Shown in pieces: positions 26,341 through 40,294 of a DNA stretch of 64,000 bases. The translations under genes and the position numbers were made by a program. Location of the stretch: NCBI RefSeq assembly GCF_963921235.1, contig NC_086097.1, positions 7,750,001-7,814,000 on the forward strand. The letters are read 5' to 3'. Within the stretch, counting starts at the first letter, position 1, and every line of letters begins with the position of its first letter. This DNA comes from Mobula hypostoma. Taxonomy: Eukaryota. The notes beneath the pieces were generated by a model. The model did no database searches. It was not told where the DNA came from and was given only the letters and a program-made list of their open reading frames with translations.

Positions 26341-27039
26341 TGAAGTAGAGAAGGTAGATAGTACCTGTCAGGAGTTTGTACATTCTCCCTGTTAACATGT
26401 GGGTTTCCTCTGGGTGTTCTGGTTTCCTCCCACAATCCAAAGACATACCGGTTGGTAGGATAATAGGTCAGTGTAAATTGTCTTGGGATTAGGATAGGGT
26501 TAAATTGGGGGATTGGTGGGCGGTGCAGTTCAAAGGACTGGAAGGGCCTATTCTGTGCTGTATCTCAATAAATATTTTTTTTAAATTTGCAGTTTTTTTT
26601 ACTGGAAAAATATTGAATAATAAAATGCATGGCTTTAAGGTAAGAAGGGCAAAATTTAAAGGAGAGAGTACCTGGAACTGTGGTAGAAGCAAATACAATG
26701 TTTAATTGAGACAGGCAAATGAACAGGTATGAAATTGAGGGATATTGACTGTGTGCAGGCAGATGGTATTACTGGCACAGGCATTGTAGGCCAAAGTATT
26801 TATTCCAGTGCTGAAATGTCCTGTGTTCTATGTTCTAAAACCTCCAATCAATTCATCAAACAGTACTCCAAATATTATACCTTAGTATTTTCCCAAATTC
26901 TTTGTCCGTATTTATTTAAATGAACAAAGATGTGCCTTATTTATGAAAGAACTCACTGATGACGATCAATATTATTCTTCTATGTACTTATTCTACAGAG
27001 ATTGTCAGCTTCCCACAGAAGTGGTTAGTGTGACACTAT

Positions 27040-28065
27040 GCAACACACGTAAAAGTTGCTGGTGAACGCAGCAGGCCAGACAGCATCTATAGGAAGATGT
27101 TTCGGGCTGAGACCCTTCGTCAGGACTAACTGAAAGAAACGCTAGTAAGAGATTTGAGAGGGGGAGGGGGAGATCCAAAACGATAGGAGATGGGGTACAA
27201 GTGGGAGGAAGGGCATTAACGGAAGTTAGAGAAGTCGATGTTCACGCCATCAAGTTAGAGGCTACCCAGACGGAATATAAGGTGTTATTCCTCCAACCTG
27301 AGTGTGGTTTCATCTTGACAGTAGAGGAGGCCGTGGATAGACATCAGAATGGGAATGGGACGTGGAATTAAAATGTGTGGCCACTGAGAGACCCTGCTTT
27401 CTCTGGCAGACAGAGTGTAGGTGTTCAGTGAAATGGTCTCCCAGTCTGTGCCGGGTGTCGCCAATATATAGAAGGCCACATCGGGAGCACCGGACGCAGT
27501 ATATCACCCCAGCCGACTCACAGGTGAAGTGTCGCCTCACCTAGAAGGACTGTCTGGGGCCCTGAATGGTAGGAAGTATAAGGGCATGTGTAGCACTTGT
27601 CCTGCTTACAAGGATAAGTGCTGGGAGGGAGATTAGTGGGGAGGTATGGGGGGAGGGGGAACGAATGGACAAGGGAGTCGCAAAGGGAGCGATCCCTGCG
27701 GAAAGTGGGGGGGCAGGGGAGGGAAAGATGTGCTTAGTGGTGGGATCCCATTGGAGGTGGCGGAAGTTACGGAGAATTATATGTTGGACCTGGGGGCTGC
27801 TGGGGTGGTAGGTGAGGACCAGGGGAACCCTATTCCTAGTGGGGTGGCAGGAGGATGGGGTGAGAGCAGATGTGTGTGAAATGGGAGAGATGCGTTTGAG
27901 AGCAGAGTTGATGGTGGAGGAAGGGAAACCCCTTTCTTTAAAAAAGGAGGACATCTCCTTCATCCTGGAATGAAAGGCCTCATTCCTCCCTCACCACCAT
28001 TCAGGACCCCAGACTGTCCTTCCAGGTGAGGCGACACTTCACCTGTGAGTCGGCTGGGGTGATAT
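27040..28065 (-). mobile_element. Penelope-like element with deletions and a short 5' inversion (about 27983-28065 on +)
   Basis: GIY-YIG ORF 27310-27540; the + piece TTCCTCCCTCACCACC...GGGGTGATATA is the reverse complement of 27500-27570; hammerhead at about 27097-27128 lacks the 3' strand of stem I. Confidence 0.9.
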
Positions 28066-29114
28066 ATAATAAATAAGAAGATTCAACACTCAACTATTGT
28101 TACAACAGTAATAACAATAAATAAAGAATGAATATCAAGAACACGAGATGAGGAATTCTTGAAAGAGAGTACAGTTCAGTAGGAGCATTTTAGTGATGCG
28201 GCGAATGAAGTTATCCCCTCTGGTTCAAGAGTTTGGTGGTTGAGGGGTAATAACTGTGCCTGGTCATGTGAATACCTTTTTCCTGAAAGCTGCGGAGAGA
28301 AGAGAGCATGGCCTAGGTGGTGGAGGTCCATGATGACGGATGCTGCTACTTGATGGATATTATTAAACATAAGAAATAAATAGGAGCAGGAGTAGGCCAT
28401 CTAGTCCATCGAGCCTGTTCCACTATTCCATAAGATCATGGCTGATCTGGCCATGGACTCATCTCCACCTACCTGCCTTTTTCCCATAACGCTTAATTGC
28501 CCTGCTCTGCAAAAATATATCTAACCTTGTCTTTTTTAAGAACTGTAACTGGTGAACAGATGCATTTCTGTGTTCTGCAATACCAAATCATTTGAAACAA
28601 TAAATATTTTATTTGAAATGCTCTCAAGATGTACTAAACCCAGCAACGCACAGCAGCAAACCCCTTTCCTGCACAGTAAGAACACTTTGAAGCATTGGCT
28701 ACTCTCATGTTCAAAACATTGACGACGAGCTCCATTCAATAGAAGCAAGGTTTTGGGAGGAAAAGGTAGGATGCTTTCCAAAGGAATCAGGATTAAAGGT
28801 GAAGATGTTTGAGGATCAATGGTGTTGAAGAGAACAAATGATGAGACAAAAAAGACAAGATTCCAAGCAAAAATATCTGCCTTGTACACAGTACTTGATC
28901 ATATCGGATTTAAAACTAAGCTAACAACCAGTTGTCCTTACCAACCAGAATAAGATAAATTAACACCTATACAGTACATCACAGGAATTTGATTTACATA
29001 CATTATAAGAGCTCTAAGACTGCTTTAGCAACACAAATAAATTCAGTGCATTTGGGTAAATTTCAAAAGAAACATTGAACAAACATACAAAATATATTCT
29101 GGTGTGTATCATCT

Positions 29115-29570
29115 TATGTCAGGATGAGGCCACCCTCACTGTGAAGGAGCAACACCTTATATTCCATCTGGTTAGCCTCAGACCAGATGGTTAGAATATT
29201 GATTTCTCCCTCCAGTAAACAAATTCAACCCACCATCTCTTCCTCTATTCCCCACCTTGACATTTTACCTCTTCTCACCTGCCTATTACTTTCCTCTGTG
29301 TCCCCTCCCCCATCCCTTTCTCCTATGGTCCATTCTCATCTCCTATCAGATTCCTTCCTCTCCAGCCCTTTACTTTTCCTACCCAGTTGGCTTTACCTAT
29401 CACCTTTTAGCTATCTTCTTTCCCCAATCCTGACCTTTTTATTCCCGCATTTTCCCCCTTCCATTCCCGTCCTGAAGAGGGGCCTTGACCCGAAACTTCG
29501 ACTATCTATTCATTTCCATAGATGCTGCCTGACCCGCTGAGTTCCTTCAGCATTTAATGTGTCTTACACA
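29115..29570 (+). mobile_element. Older Penelope-like 3' fragment with degenerate hammerhead
   Basis: QDEATL...EQHLIF end of the endonuclease; GTC-CTGAAGA-GGGGCCTTGACCC-GAAACTTC-GAC at about 29469-29503. Confidence 0.75.
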
Positions 29571-29699
29571 AAAAATCTTTTCCGAGGCTAGAATGAGCAT
29601 CCATGTGGAGAATTGGAAAAATGCGTCTGGAACAGGGAAACTCCAGGTTTTGCTACCTGGTTTAAAACTCAGGCCAAATTGGATAGAACAAAACTAATC

Positions 29700-30557
29700 T
29701 TGGGAAGTGTTGTGGATGGTGTGGAGGGCTGTCAGAGGTTACAGTGGGACATTGATAGAATGCAAAACTGGGAAGAGAAGTGGCAGATGGAGTTCAACCC
29801 AGATAAGTGTGAGGTGGTTCATTTTGGTAGGTCAAGTATGATGGCAGAAAATAGTTTTAATGGCAAGACTCTTGGCAGTGTGGAGGATCAGAGGGATCTT
29901 GGGGTCCGAGTCCATAGGACGCTCAAAGCAGCTGCGCAGGTTGACTCTGTGGTTAAGAAGGCGTACGGTGTATTGGCCTTCATCAGTCGTGGAATTGAAT
30001 TTAGGAGCCGAGGGGTAATGTTGCAGCTATATAGGACCCTGGTCAGACCCCACTTGGAGTACTGTGCTCAGTTCTGATCGCTTCACTATAGGAAGGATGT
30101 GGAAGCCATAGAAAGGGCGCAGAGGAGATTTACAAGGTAATTGCCTGGATTGCGGAGCATGCCTTATGAGAATAGGTTGAGTGAACTCAGCCTTTTCTCC
30201 TTGGAGCGACGGTGGATGAGAGGTGACCTGATAGAGGTGTATAAGATGATGAGAGGCATTGATCATGTGGATAGTCAGAAGAGGACACAGGTTTAAGGTT
30301 CTGGGGAGTAGGTACAGAGGAGATGTCAGGGGTAAGTCTTTTACTCAGAGAGTGGTGAGTGTGTGGAAAGGGCTGCCAGTAACAGTGGTGGAGGCGGATA
30401 CGATAGAGTCTTTTAAGAGACTTTTGGATAGGCACATGGAGCTTAGTAAAATACAGGGCTATAGGTAAGCCTGGTAATTTCTGAGGTAGGGACATGTTCG
30501 TCACAACTTTGTGGGCCGAAGGGCCTGTATTGTGCTGTAGGTTTACTATGTTTCTAT
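29700..30557 (+). mobile_element. CR1 LINE 3' part (second subfamily); another copy at about 31876-32498
   Basis: WQMEFNPDKCEVVHFG, RDLGV, LYRTLVRPHLEYCAQF; (TTTCTATG)n-like tail. Confidence 0.92.
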
Positions 30558-30687
30558 GAAGTCACAACTCATTTCCAGTGGGGGTGGGGTGGGAATAAGG
30601 CTGATAGGATTCATGGTTTTCCTAATGTTCTTTTTGTAACTTGTAGCTTGTGGCTCACCTTCATTCCAACACCTGGTACACAGCCTC

Positions 30688-30990
30688 TGCTATGATTCGT
30701 AACTTCAAAACATTAAACTAATTCCTGGGAAGACATGAGAGTCTGAAATGAGACCAGAAGACCATATGACATAGGAGCAGAAGCAGGCCATTTGGCCCAT
30801 CGATAAATGTGAGTCCAACTTTGGGTTTACTTTAAGTGAGGCGCATGCATATCATGTGGTAGCGTGATGACTTATGCAATTCACGTATTTATACATATTC
30901 CCTGTAATAAATTATTTAAATGAACTGGAATGCTTATTCAATATATAGACATGATTATTCAAATATTATTTAAATATTAAATACACAAGA
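30688..30990 (-). mobile_element. Solo LTR with 5-bp TSD, containing a ~50-bp CR1 3' scrap at 30752-30803
   Basis: Starts TGCTATG, ends CACAAGA (CA end mutated); GCCTC direct repeat at 30683-30687 and 30991-30995. Confidence 0.65.
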
Positions 30991-32564
30991 GCCTCTTCCT
31001 CTTCACATTTCATCAAATTACCAGGTATTTCTGAAAGATGCCAATGACCAATCAGACCTCCTGATGTCTCCTATAGCATCTCTGGCAAGTTAAGGTAATA
31101 GGAGGGAACTCTGATGCAGGAACCTTCTGGGTGTGGAGGTCCTTAATGATGGACGCCGCCTTTTTGAGTCAACACTGCTTGAAGCTGTCCTGGATACTAC
31201 AGAGGCTAGTACCCATGATGGAGCTGACTGAGCTACAACTCTCTGCCGCTTACCTCTATCCTGCGCAGTAGCCGTCCCGCCATACCAGATGGTCATGCAG
31301 CCAGTTAGAATGCTCTCTATGGTACATCTGCAGAAATTTGCCTGATTCTGGTTCCTGTACATTGTGCATGATGGAATTATTACAGGGGGAGGAGAGTAAA
31401 AAATGAATGGGTTAATGTGGGGTTTGTATAAAAATGTGTGCATGGTAATAAGTGTGAGCTCAAAGGAACATGCCTTAACATCTATCTGTTTCCATGCATT
31501 CTCACTAATAATTTCTTTCACTGCTATTCAGCTTATTGCTGTATCTCAGGATCATTAATTGCAGCAGCCGGCAAAATGGCCTGCAGCCTTTTTAATCTTA
31601 GGAGCCAATTTAATTGGTAATCAGTGGTTTAATCATGCTCATGGCTGTTCCAAGTACAGTTTTAAACTCTTCAATCAAAATGGTGTATTGTACTGAAGCT
31701 GGGCTGAGCACTCATTGCACTCTGCCGACTTCTTTGCACCTGATTTATTCTAGAGAACGCTGTCCTCTCACCTCACTGGAATATCTCAATGAAAAGGTAG
31801 TTTCTGATGCTTGCTCCGCAGATGAATTAGTTGTACTTATTCCCTGTGGGAGACCCTGATGACATTAAAACTGTGTGGTGCATTGGCCTTCATCAATTGT
31901 GGGATTGATTTTAGGAGCTGAGAGGTAATGTTGCAGCTGTATAGGACCCTGGTCAGACCTCACCTGGAGTACTGTGCTCAGTTCTGGTCGCCTCACTACA
32001 GGAACAATGTGGAAACCATAGAAAGACTAGAGAGGAGATTTACAAGGATGTTGCCTGGATTGGGGAGCATACCTTATGAGAATAGGTTGAATGAACTCTG
32101 CCTTTTCTCCTTGGAGCGACGGAGGATGACAGGTGTCCTGACGGATGTGTATAAGATGATGAGAGGCATTGATCGTGTGGATAGTCAGAGGCTTTTTCCC
32201 AGGGCTGAAGTGGCTAGCATGAGAGGGCACAGTTTTAAGGTGCTTGGAAGTAGGTACAGAGGAGATGTCAGGGGTAAGTTTTTTACACAGAGCGTGGTGA
32301 GTGCATGCAATAGTCTGCTGGCGACAGTTGTGGAGGCGGATACGATAGGGTCTTTTAAGAGACTCCTGGATAGGTACATGGAGCTTAGAAAAATAGAGGG
32401 CTATGGGTAACCCTCGGTAATTTCTAATGTAAGTACATGTTTGGCACAGCTTTGTGGGCTGACGGGTCTGTATTGTGCTGTAGGTTTTCTGTGTTTCTGT
32501 GAAGTGTCATTTGCCTTGACAACCAACACACCCAAGGACATGCTGGGTGGTAGCCCACAAATGA

Positions 32565-33713
32565 TAAGGTGCCACACATAAGGCTGCTTAACAAGGTAAA
32601 ATCCTATGGTGTTACAAAAAAGGTACTGGCATGGATAGAGGAATGGCTGACAGGCAGGAGACAGTAAATAAGAATAAAGGGGGCTTTTTTGGTTGGCTGC
32701 CTGTGACTAGTGGTGTTCCTCAGGGGTCGGTATTGGGACCACTACTTTTCATATTGTTTGTCAATGACTTCAATAATGGAATTGATGGCTTTGTGAGAAA
32801 GTTTGCAGATAGTATGAAGACAGGTGGAGGATTAAGTAGAGCTAAAGAGCAATATGATCGCAGCAGGACTTAGACAAATTGGAGGAATGGGCAAAAAGTT
32901 GGTAGATGGAATACAGTATTGGGAAATGATGATGCATTTTGGTAAAAGGAACAATAGTGCAGAAGTATCCAAATGGGGAGAAGGTTCAAACATCAAAGGT
33001 GCAAAGGAACTTAAGAGTCTTCTTGCAAGACTCCCAGAAGGTTAATTTACAGGTTGAGTCTGTGGTAACAAAGGCAAATGCAGTGTTGGCATTTATTTCA
33101 AGGGGAATAGAATATAAAAACAAGGCGATAATACCGAGCCTTATAAGATGCTAGTCAATGGAGTATTATCAACAGTTTTGGGCCCCATATCTCAGAAAGG
33201 ATGTGTTGTCATTGAAGAGAGTGCAGAGGAGGTTCACGAGAATTATTCTGGGAATGAAGGGGTTAACAGCTGAGGAATGTTTGTCAGCTCTGGGCCTGTA
33301 GTCACTGGAAATTAGAAGAATGTGTGGGGATCTCAATGAAACCTACCAAACGTTGAAAGGACTAGATAGGGTAGATGTGGAGAGGACTTTTCTATGGTTG
33401 GGGTATCCAGACCTAGAAGGTATAGTCTTAGAACTGAGGAATGACTTTTTAGAATAGGGGTAAGGAGGAATTTTTTTTTTAGCCAGAGGGTCGTGAAACC
33501 GTGGAATGCTCTGCTACAGACTGTGGTGAATGTCAGGTCCGTGCATATACTTAAGGCAGAAATTGTTCATTTCCTGATTGTTCAGGGAATCAAAGGATAT
33601 GGAGAGAAGACAGATGTATGGGGTTTTATGGGATCCTGGATCAGCCACGATGGATTCCTGGAGCAGACTCGATGGGCTGAATGGCCTAATTCTGCTCCTG
33701 TGTCTTATGGTCT
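32565..33713 (+). mobile_element. CR1 LINE RT and 3' end
   Basis: [21 protein letters not shown] motifs; TTATGGTC tail. Confidence 0.92.
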
Positions 33714-35725
33714 AAGTGTCATCACACATTTGTTGTCAACATCATATACCTATCATGATCAACAGAACAACACAAACCACAACAACCACAGCAAAACAAG
33801 TCCTTTTCCCAACCGAACTCCAAACACCAGTCCTTGGCTTTACACTCTCAAACTTCCAGACATTAGACCACCAACCTCCAGTCCCTGTCCTGGACTTGCA
33901 GACTCATTAACATCATCCCCCAGGCACACCGACCCAGGGACTCCAACCTTTGGGCCTCAACTTCTGGACATGTCAACCCAGGTACTTCGACAGTTAGGCT
34001 TTAACCTCTGAACTCACCTATCCCTGGACTTCGACCTTTAGAATTCGCTATCCTTTGGATATTGACCCCAGGACTCACTGATCATTAGACTTTGACCTCT
34101 GGCCTTGACCTCTGGTTTCACATGGGTTTTGACCCGAGGAGTTGCTGAACTGGAAGTCAGTGGCTCTGTGCTTCCTGCTTACACAGACCTCTGACCACAG
34201 ATCACCAACCTGGAGGGTCAACAGCTCTCGTCCATGAGGCCCGCCAACATCAGGCTAGTTGTCTTCGTCCTTAGTGCCTGCCGGCCTGACATCTTTCTGC
34301 TCTGACCAGGACACATAACTCTTGCCCCAACTCTTCAATTATTGCTCTTGACCTCCTTATCCCCATCATACCTATCCCCTAATCCCCACGCCATCCCTAA
34401 AACCATTCCCTACAGACCTGAAAAACCACTGTCTGACCCATAACTCAACACCGCTTGTTGCCATCTTAACCAGAATTTGACTGTGACGTGAATTAATGCT
34501 GTACCAAGATAAATGATCAGCTTATCTATTTTTTCATGTTGTTAATTGCAAGAGAAGCATTGACCAACACTCTCAGACAAACTGCACTTTACTACAGAAC
34601 ACTGCAAACAAATTCTTCAGCAACCAGGTGACTCAAAGAAAAAAATCAACCGTTATGTTTCAGTGGGTCATGGTAATGTAGTAGTTAGTAAAACACTGTT
34701 GAAGTACAGGCGACCAGTTTATGTATTCTTCCCATGATTGTATGGCATGGGTTTCCTCTGGGTGCTCGGGTTTCCTCCTACAATCCAAAGACATACTGGT
34801 TAATTGTTTATTTGTCCTGTGTTGAGGCTAGGGTGAAATGGGTGAAATAGGCTGCTGGATGGTGCAGCTCAGTAGGCCAGAAGGACCTGTTTCACAATGT
34901 ATCTTTAAATAAAATAACATAAAATAATAATTATTTGAGCTGTTGCAAATGAAAACTACACACCACAGTATTATCAAGCGTCCTCATGTTGGAAGGTCAT
35001 TTATGAAGCAACTGAAAATAATTGGGCCTTGGACATTGCTCTGAGTAACCCCTGCAGTGATGCCTAGGGCTGAGATGACTGACGCCCAACAAGCATAACC
35101 ATCTTCCCTTGGAAATCAAATATACGTACATACAGAATTTTAGATTAAAGCTACAATATCCCTCCGCTGGGTTAGTTTAATATTTTTCAATGAGTTATTT
35201 CATCTGCCAAATTTCTTGCATATTCAGACATTTTCAGCTTATTTTCTTAGCGATGTAATTCCTAATAGATGCCAACTTCTATAAACATTAAAGTCAGCTG
35301 TCACTCAACACCAACTCTTCAGCCCTTTTCATTGTGTTTTCAATAGCTGAGCCCCTGTCCACTGTGATTTTCCTCAAGACAAGTTCTGTGTGTGTAGGCA
35401 TAAATATAACACATCTTTTTAATCTTACTCCTTCAATTTGCAACATTTGGCTGGAAATTCCTTCCCACGTGGAAGGGCTAAATGAGTTATATAGTTGGCT
35501 TTCGGAGATAGAGTACAATATGCCAACACTGCTGAAATTTCTATTATCTTCAACTGACCAGGGATGAAACTCTGTCCAAGTATCTCCTCCATTTGCATTG
35601 AAAGCCTCAAATCATATTTCACTCTGACTTTGAAGCTATGCTTCATTTGGAGATTTGATCTGTCACCAAAGACTCTCACAAGTTTCTACAGATATACCAC
35701 GGAGAGCTTTCTAACTGGTTGCATT

Positions 35726-35899
35726 TGTTGTGTCTGTAAACAACTACATATATACTAAATAAAAACACGCATGCGGGAGATGGTTTTAACTGGTGTACCC
35801 ACAGAGAAAGAGAGTGACAACAATGCGCATGCTGAGACAACAGATCAATACGTAGTGCTAAGGGGGGGGGGGGTTATTAATCTAAAAGAAATAGATCCA
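35726..35899. mobile_element. 174-bp TG...CA insertion, solo-LTR-like, inside a Rex-type fragment
   Basis: TGCATT direct repeat at 35720-35725 and 35900-35905; host frame ESFLTGCI resumes after it. Confidence 0.55.
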
Positions 35900-37865
35900 T
35901 GCATTACAGCATTGCCGCCTAGTATGGACGGGCCACTGCACAGAATCAGAAAAGGCTGCAGAAAATTTCAAACTCAGCCAGCTTCACCATGGTCACTAGC
36001 CTCGCTAGCACCGATGACATCTTCAAAAAGGCGGCGTTTATTACACAGGACATGTCCTTACAGCATTGTTACCTTCAAGCGGAGGTACATGAGCCTGAAT
36101 AAACACGCTCAACATTTCAGGAATAGTTCATTTCAAACTAACATGTCTCCCTGTCTAAACCCAGTTCACTTTCCCTACTAGTGGGTGAACAATTCAACAC
36201 TTGGTGACTTCTGCTTCAGGATTACAAGCAAAAGAAAATCTGCAGATGCTGGAAATCTGAGCAACACACACAAAATGCTGGAGGAACTCAGGAGGCCAGG
36301 CAGTATCTATGGAAAAGAGTACAGTCGACGTTTTGGGCTCTGCTTCACAATGGTAGGACAGTGGACAATCCCTAAAAAGCTACCTCACTTATTTATGTTA
36401 TATATAAATATAAACAAATAAACACATACATATTTATATATTTCTTATTGCCTTTGAATGTCAACTGTGGTGCTTATCTACTCAAATTCTATTTTCCCAT
36501 TAGATTCATACCCCTTTATTGCTTTCCTATCCAAGTTCGTCCAAATTCCTTTTAAACATTGTCTTCATGTTTGCCTTTATTACTTCCTCTACCAGTGCTT
36601 TGCATATGTTCACTACCCCTTGTGTGAAAAATCTGCCTCTAAAATCTCTTTTGAATTTGTTCCCTCTCAACTTCAAGTTCAGCCTTCTAGGTTAAGCTCC
36701 CCTGCCCATGGAAGAAAGATTCTGATTACTTATCCTACCTTTGCCCCTCATAATTTTGCAAACCTTGATAAGGTCAATCCTCAGTCTCCTCCACGCCAGA
36801 GAGAGCAAACCCAAACCATCCAAACTCTCCTTGGATCTACTGCCCTTCAATCCAGGCAACATCCTGGTGAATCTCTTCTGCACTCTCTATTGCTATTAAG
36901 TTTTTCGTGTAGTGTGATACCCAGAACAGTAGGTAATATTATAGTATTCTGAATGTAATCTTTTTGAAATCCATGAAAGTCATTTCTTTTGCATTCCCAT
37001 CTCCTTGTATGACAAATAAGTATAAACCTCTTCATATGGGCACCATGGTAGCATGGAAATTAGCCTGACATTATTACAGCTCAGGGCACCAGACTTCAGT
37101 GTTCAGTTCCAGCAATGAAAGGAGTTATAAGGAGATTGCACATCCTTTGCATGAACCACGTGTGTTTCCTCCAAGTGCTCCCGTTTCCTCCCTTATTCCA
37201 AAGACATGCCAGTTTGTATGTTAGTTAGTCATTGTAAATTGTACTGTGATTAGACAAGGTGTGTTGCTGGACGGTGCGGCTTGGTGGGGCAGAAGGGCTT
37301 GTTCCATGCCGTATCTCTAAATAAATAAATTTGGATAAAGGGAACACATGTTCAGCTGTTCACTAAGTTTTTTTTTCTCCCTTTGTTCACCTTCTTCATT
37401 CCTACTCCAAGCCTGCTTCCATCTGGTCATCATCCCCCTCCCATTTGTTTCCACCCATGTTCTACCAGTCTTCATCTCACTACCCCACCTTCTCTCCCCC
37501 TCTCTTCATACTGCTATATCCTGGAAATCCTTTCAATTCCTTCTTAGTCCTGATCAGGGTCTAGACTGGAAATGTCAGGAAAAATACCACCTTTTTCTTC
37601 CATAGATCCTGCGGGACTCACTATATTCTGTCTGTTCCTAGTTCTCATACCTGCAGTGTCTTTTGTTTTCATCTTAACAATACTGCCTGCTTATCTGGCA
37701 ATCCACTACCATTTCCAAATCTATTCTCTCCTCTACCGGCATACTGTGTCTAACTGTCATGTAGTGCATTGAAGCAGCTCACTGAAGTTTTTCTTTTAAC
37801 AAGTACCACACAAATCCTCCTGTCTATAAAGTGAAGGAAAGCAGGTTCAGGAAATTGCTGACCAT

Positions 37866-38125
37866 AAACACAAGAGATTCTGCAAATGCTGGAAATCCAG
37901 AGTAACACACACAAAATGCTGGAGGAACTCAGCAGGTCAGGCACCATCTAGGACACTGAATAAAGAATCAATATTTTAGGCCGAGACCCTTCTTCAGAAA
38001 CTGACCCTTCATCATATTCTGATAAAAGGTCCTGTCCCAAAACGATGATGGCTTGTTCCTTTGTATAAATGCTGCCTGATCTGATGAGTTCCTTAAATAT
38101 TTTGTATGGGTTACTCAGATTTTCC
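37866..38125. mobile_element. Short fold-back element made of two inverted Penelope-type hammerhead tails
   Basis: Minus tail 37866-38002 (GAGACCCTTCTTCAG) followed by plus tail about 38015-38125 (CTGATAAAAGGTCC...CCCAAAACG...TGCTGCCTGATCTGATGAGTTCC). Confidence 0.7.
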
Positions 38126-38329
38126 TGTAGGCTCTCGGCCTCTGTGAGTCACTTTCTATCAGTGCTCACTTTTCTTTGCCGGGAAAAATTCTTTGAAATC
38201 CTCTATCTGAAGGAAAAAAGAATCAAGATCAAAATGAAGTTTAATATTACTGGCAAATGTCATGAAATTTGCTGTTTTGCAGCAACAGTACATTGAAATA
38301 CATCATGATATAACTACTATAAATGACAA

Positions 38330-38890
38330 TTGGTTCCTTAAGTTGGTTATTGCTGGGGCTGGTAGTGGGGATAAGCTCCCATTACTTTTAAATGCTCCCA
38401 GTGGTGTGTGTCTCAAATACCCTCTGACAACCGTCCAGCTCCTGGCCTTCATGAATGGCTGAGCTACTGAGCCCAGAGGAACCATTTCTACTGACAGGAA
38501 AAGGGGCAATGATGGGATACTGGTGCCATTAAACCTGTCACTTCGGGCTGATGGGGCTCATCAGCCATGGTTGGGAGCTCATCTAAGAAAGGAAGAACTC
38601 CAATATCAAACCACCTTACTATATTGTTACACCCACTCATGGGGAAGGCTTCGGAAGTAAACCCTGAGGGAAAAATCTGGAGCTGGGCTCCCTAAGGCAG
38701 TTCTAAGTTGAGTTTAAGACCGACTGACAACTCCTGTGATGTAGCTGGTGCCCAACTGTATTGGTCTCTACCGTTCCCATGGGTTTATCAGGTGCATGGA
38801 GAGGGGGAGCCTGCTCTCCATATTGTACTGTCCTGGCTTGCATATCTGATAAGTAGGACACAATATCTATGGTGGACCCTGACTAACGGA
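38330..38890 (+). mobile_element. Non-autonomous interspersed repeat, probably RTE-mobilised; second copy at about 63014-63598
   Basis: The two copies share GGTTCCT...GGTAGTGG, CTCTGACA.CC, GGGGCTCATCAGCC, AAGGCTTC...AAACCCTGAGG, CCCTAAGGCAG. Confidence 0.65.
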
Positions 38891-40294
38891 AGGCTCAAAT
38901 TACAATAAGAATCATATTTTTTAAAAATTAAATTAAGTAAGTAGAACAAAAAGAGAGAGCAAAGCAAAGAAAAAAATAATGGGGTGGTGTATGTAGGTAT
39001 ATTGTCCATTCAGAAATCTGTTGTCGGAGGGGAAGAAGCTGTTCCTGAACGTTGAGCTGGTGTCTGGGGAGGGTGTAACTTCATCACTAATAATGCAAGA
39101 ATAATACTCAGCCTCTCGTTTATTAAAGACAACTGGTGATAAGCAATAAACACTGCCATTGCAAGTAATCAGTCATTCCCAGCATATTTTAATAACTGAC
39201 CAAATGAGACAGGTAGAATAAATTTCCCTCCCTTCTTCTCGTATTTCCAATTTACATTTTTAAGTACAATTTGAAGGCACTCATTCAGAATTCAAGCCCA
39301 GAGTGGAAGATGATAAGCAATTGTTTGTTGCATTTTGTTCTGCCCAGCCTTGTGAATTGCTAGCACTTGTTTTCAACAAGAATTACAATCATGACATCAT
39401 CAAACGATGAATGGTTCTGCTGATGCAGAAGAACTACATTAGCATGTAGAACTGTTCAATACTCCCAAGTTTTGACAAAAAACACACACAGGTACCTAAT
39501 AAAGTGGCCAGTGTATGCATGTTCATGGCCTTCTGCTGCTGTAGCCCATCTGCTTCAAGTTTCAACGTGTTGTGCATTCAGAGATGTTCTTCTGCACATC
39601 ACTGATGTAATGTGTGGTTATTTGAATTACTGTCATCTTCCTGTTAGATTGATCCAGTCTGGCCATTCTCTGATCTCTCTTATTAACAAGGCATTTTCAC
39701 CCACAGAACAGCTGCTTACTGCATTTTTTTGTCTTCTCATCATTCTCCGTAAACTCGAGAGTCTGCTGAGTGTGAATATCACAGGAGATCAGTAGTTTCT
39801 GAGATACTCAAATAACCCCATCTGGCACCAACAATCATTCCAAGGTGAAAGTCACTTAGGACACATTTTGTTCCCATTCTGATGTTTGGTCTGAACAACA
39901 AGTGAACATTTTGAACATGTTTCAATGCTTTTATGTATTGATTTGCTGCATGGGATTGGCTGATTGATTAGAGATTTGTATTAACGAGCAGATGTATAGT
40001 GGACCTGGTTGCATTTTTAATGATAATTTAAACAGTTAACTGTCTACTGATTTAATGTCGAAGGGCACATTGATCATTCCTTAGTTGATGTCAATCTTTT
40101 TATAAAAATACTATAAGTGAAACCCCTTTTTACTGGGCACCTCTAGAGACGTGACCAATCTCCCATTCATATGCTGATTCGTCATCACCTTTGGAAATAT
40201 GTTCTTCAATATCTGTAGAAAATGATGGTTGGGAATATCTAATGAGGCAACTCCCACTAGATGCCTGATGATTAAGCTGTTAATTTCATTTTCA

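Noticed and set aside
33840..34250. Recurring GACC/GACTC motifs suggesting a CRISPR-like or structured array
   Set aside because: Irregular degenerate minisatellite inside a non-autonomous retroelement; no constant repeat-spacer period; eukaryotic context
37040..37115. tRNA-like A/B box sequence
   Set aside because: Head of a V-SINE, degenerate, not a functional tRNA gene
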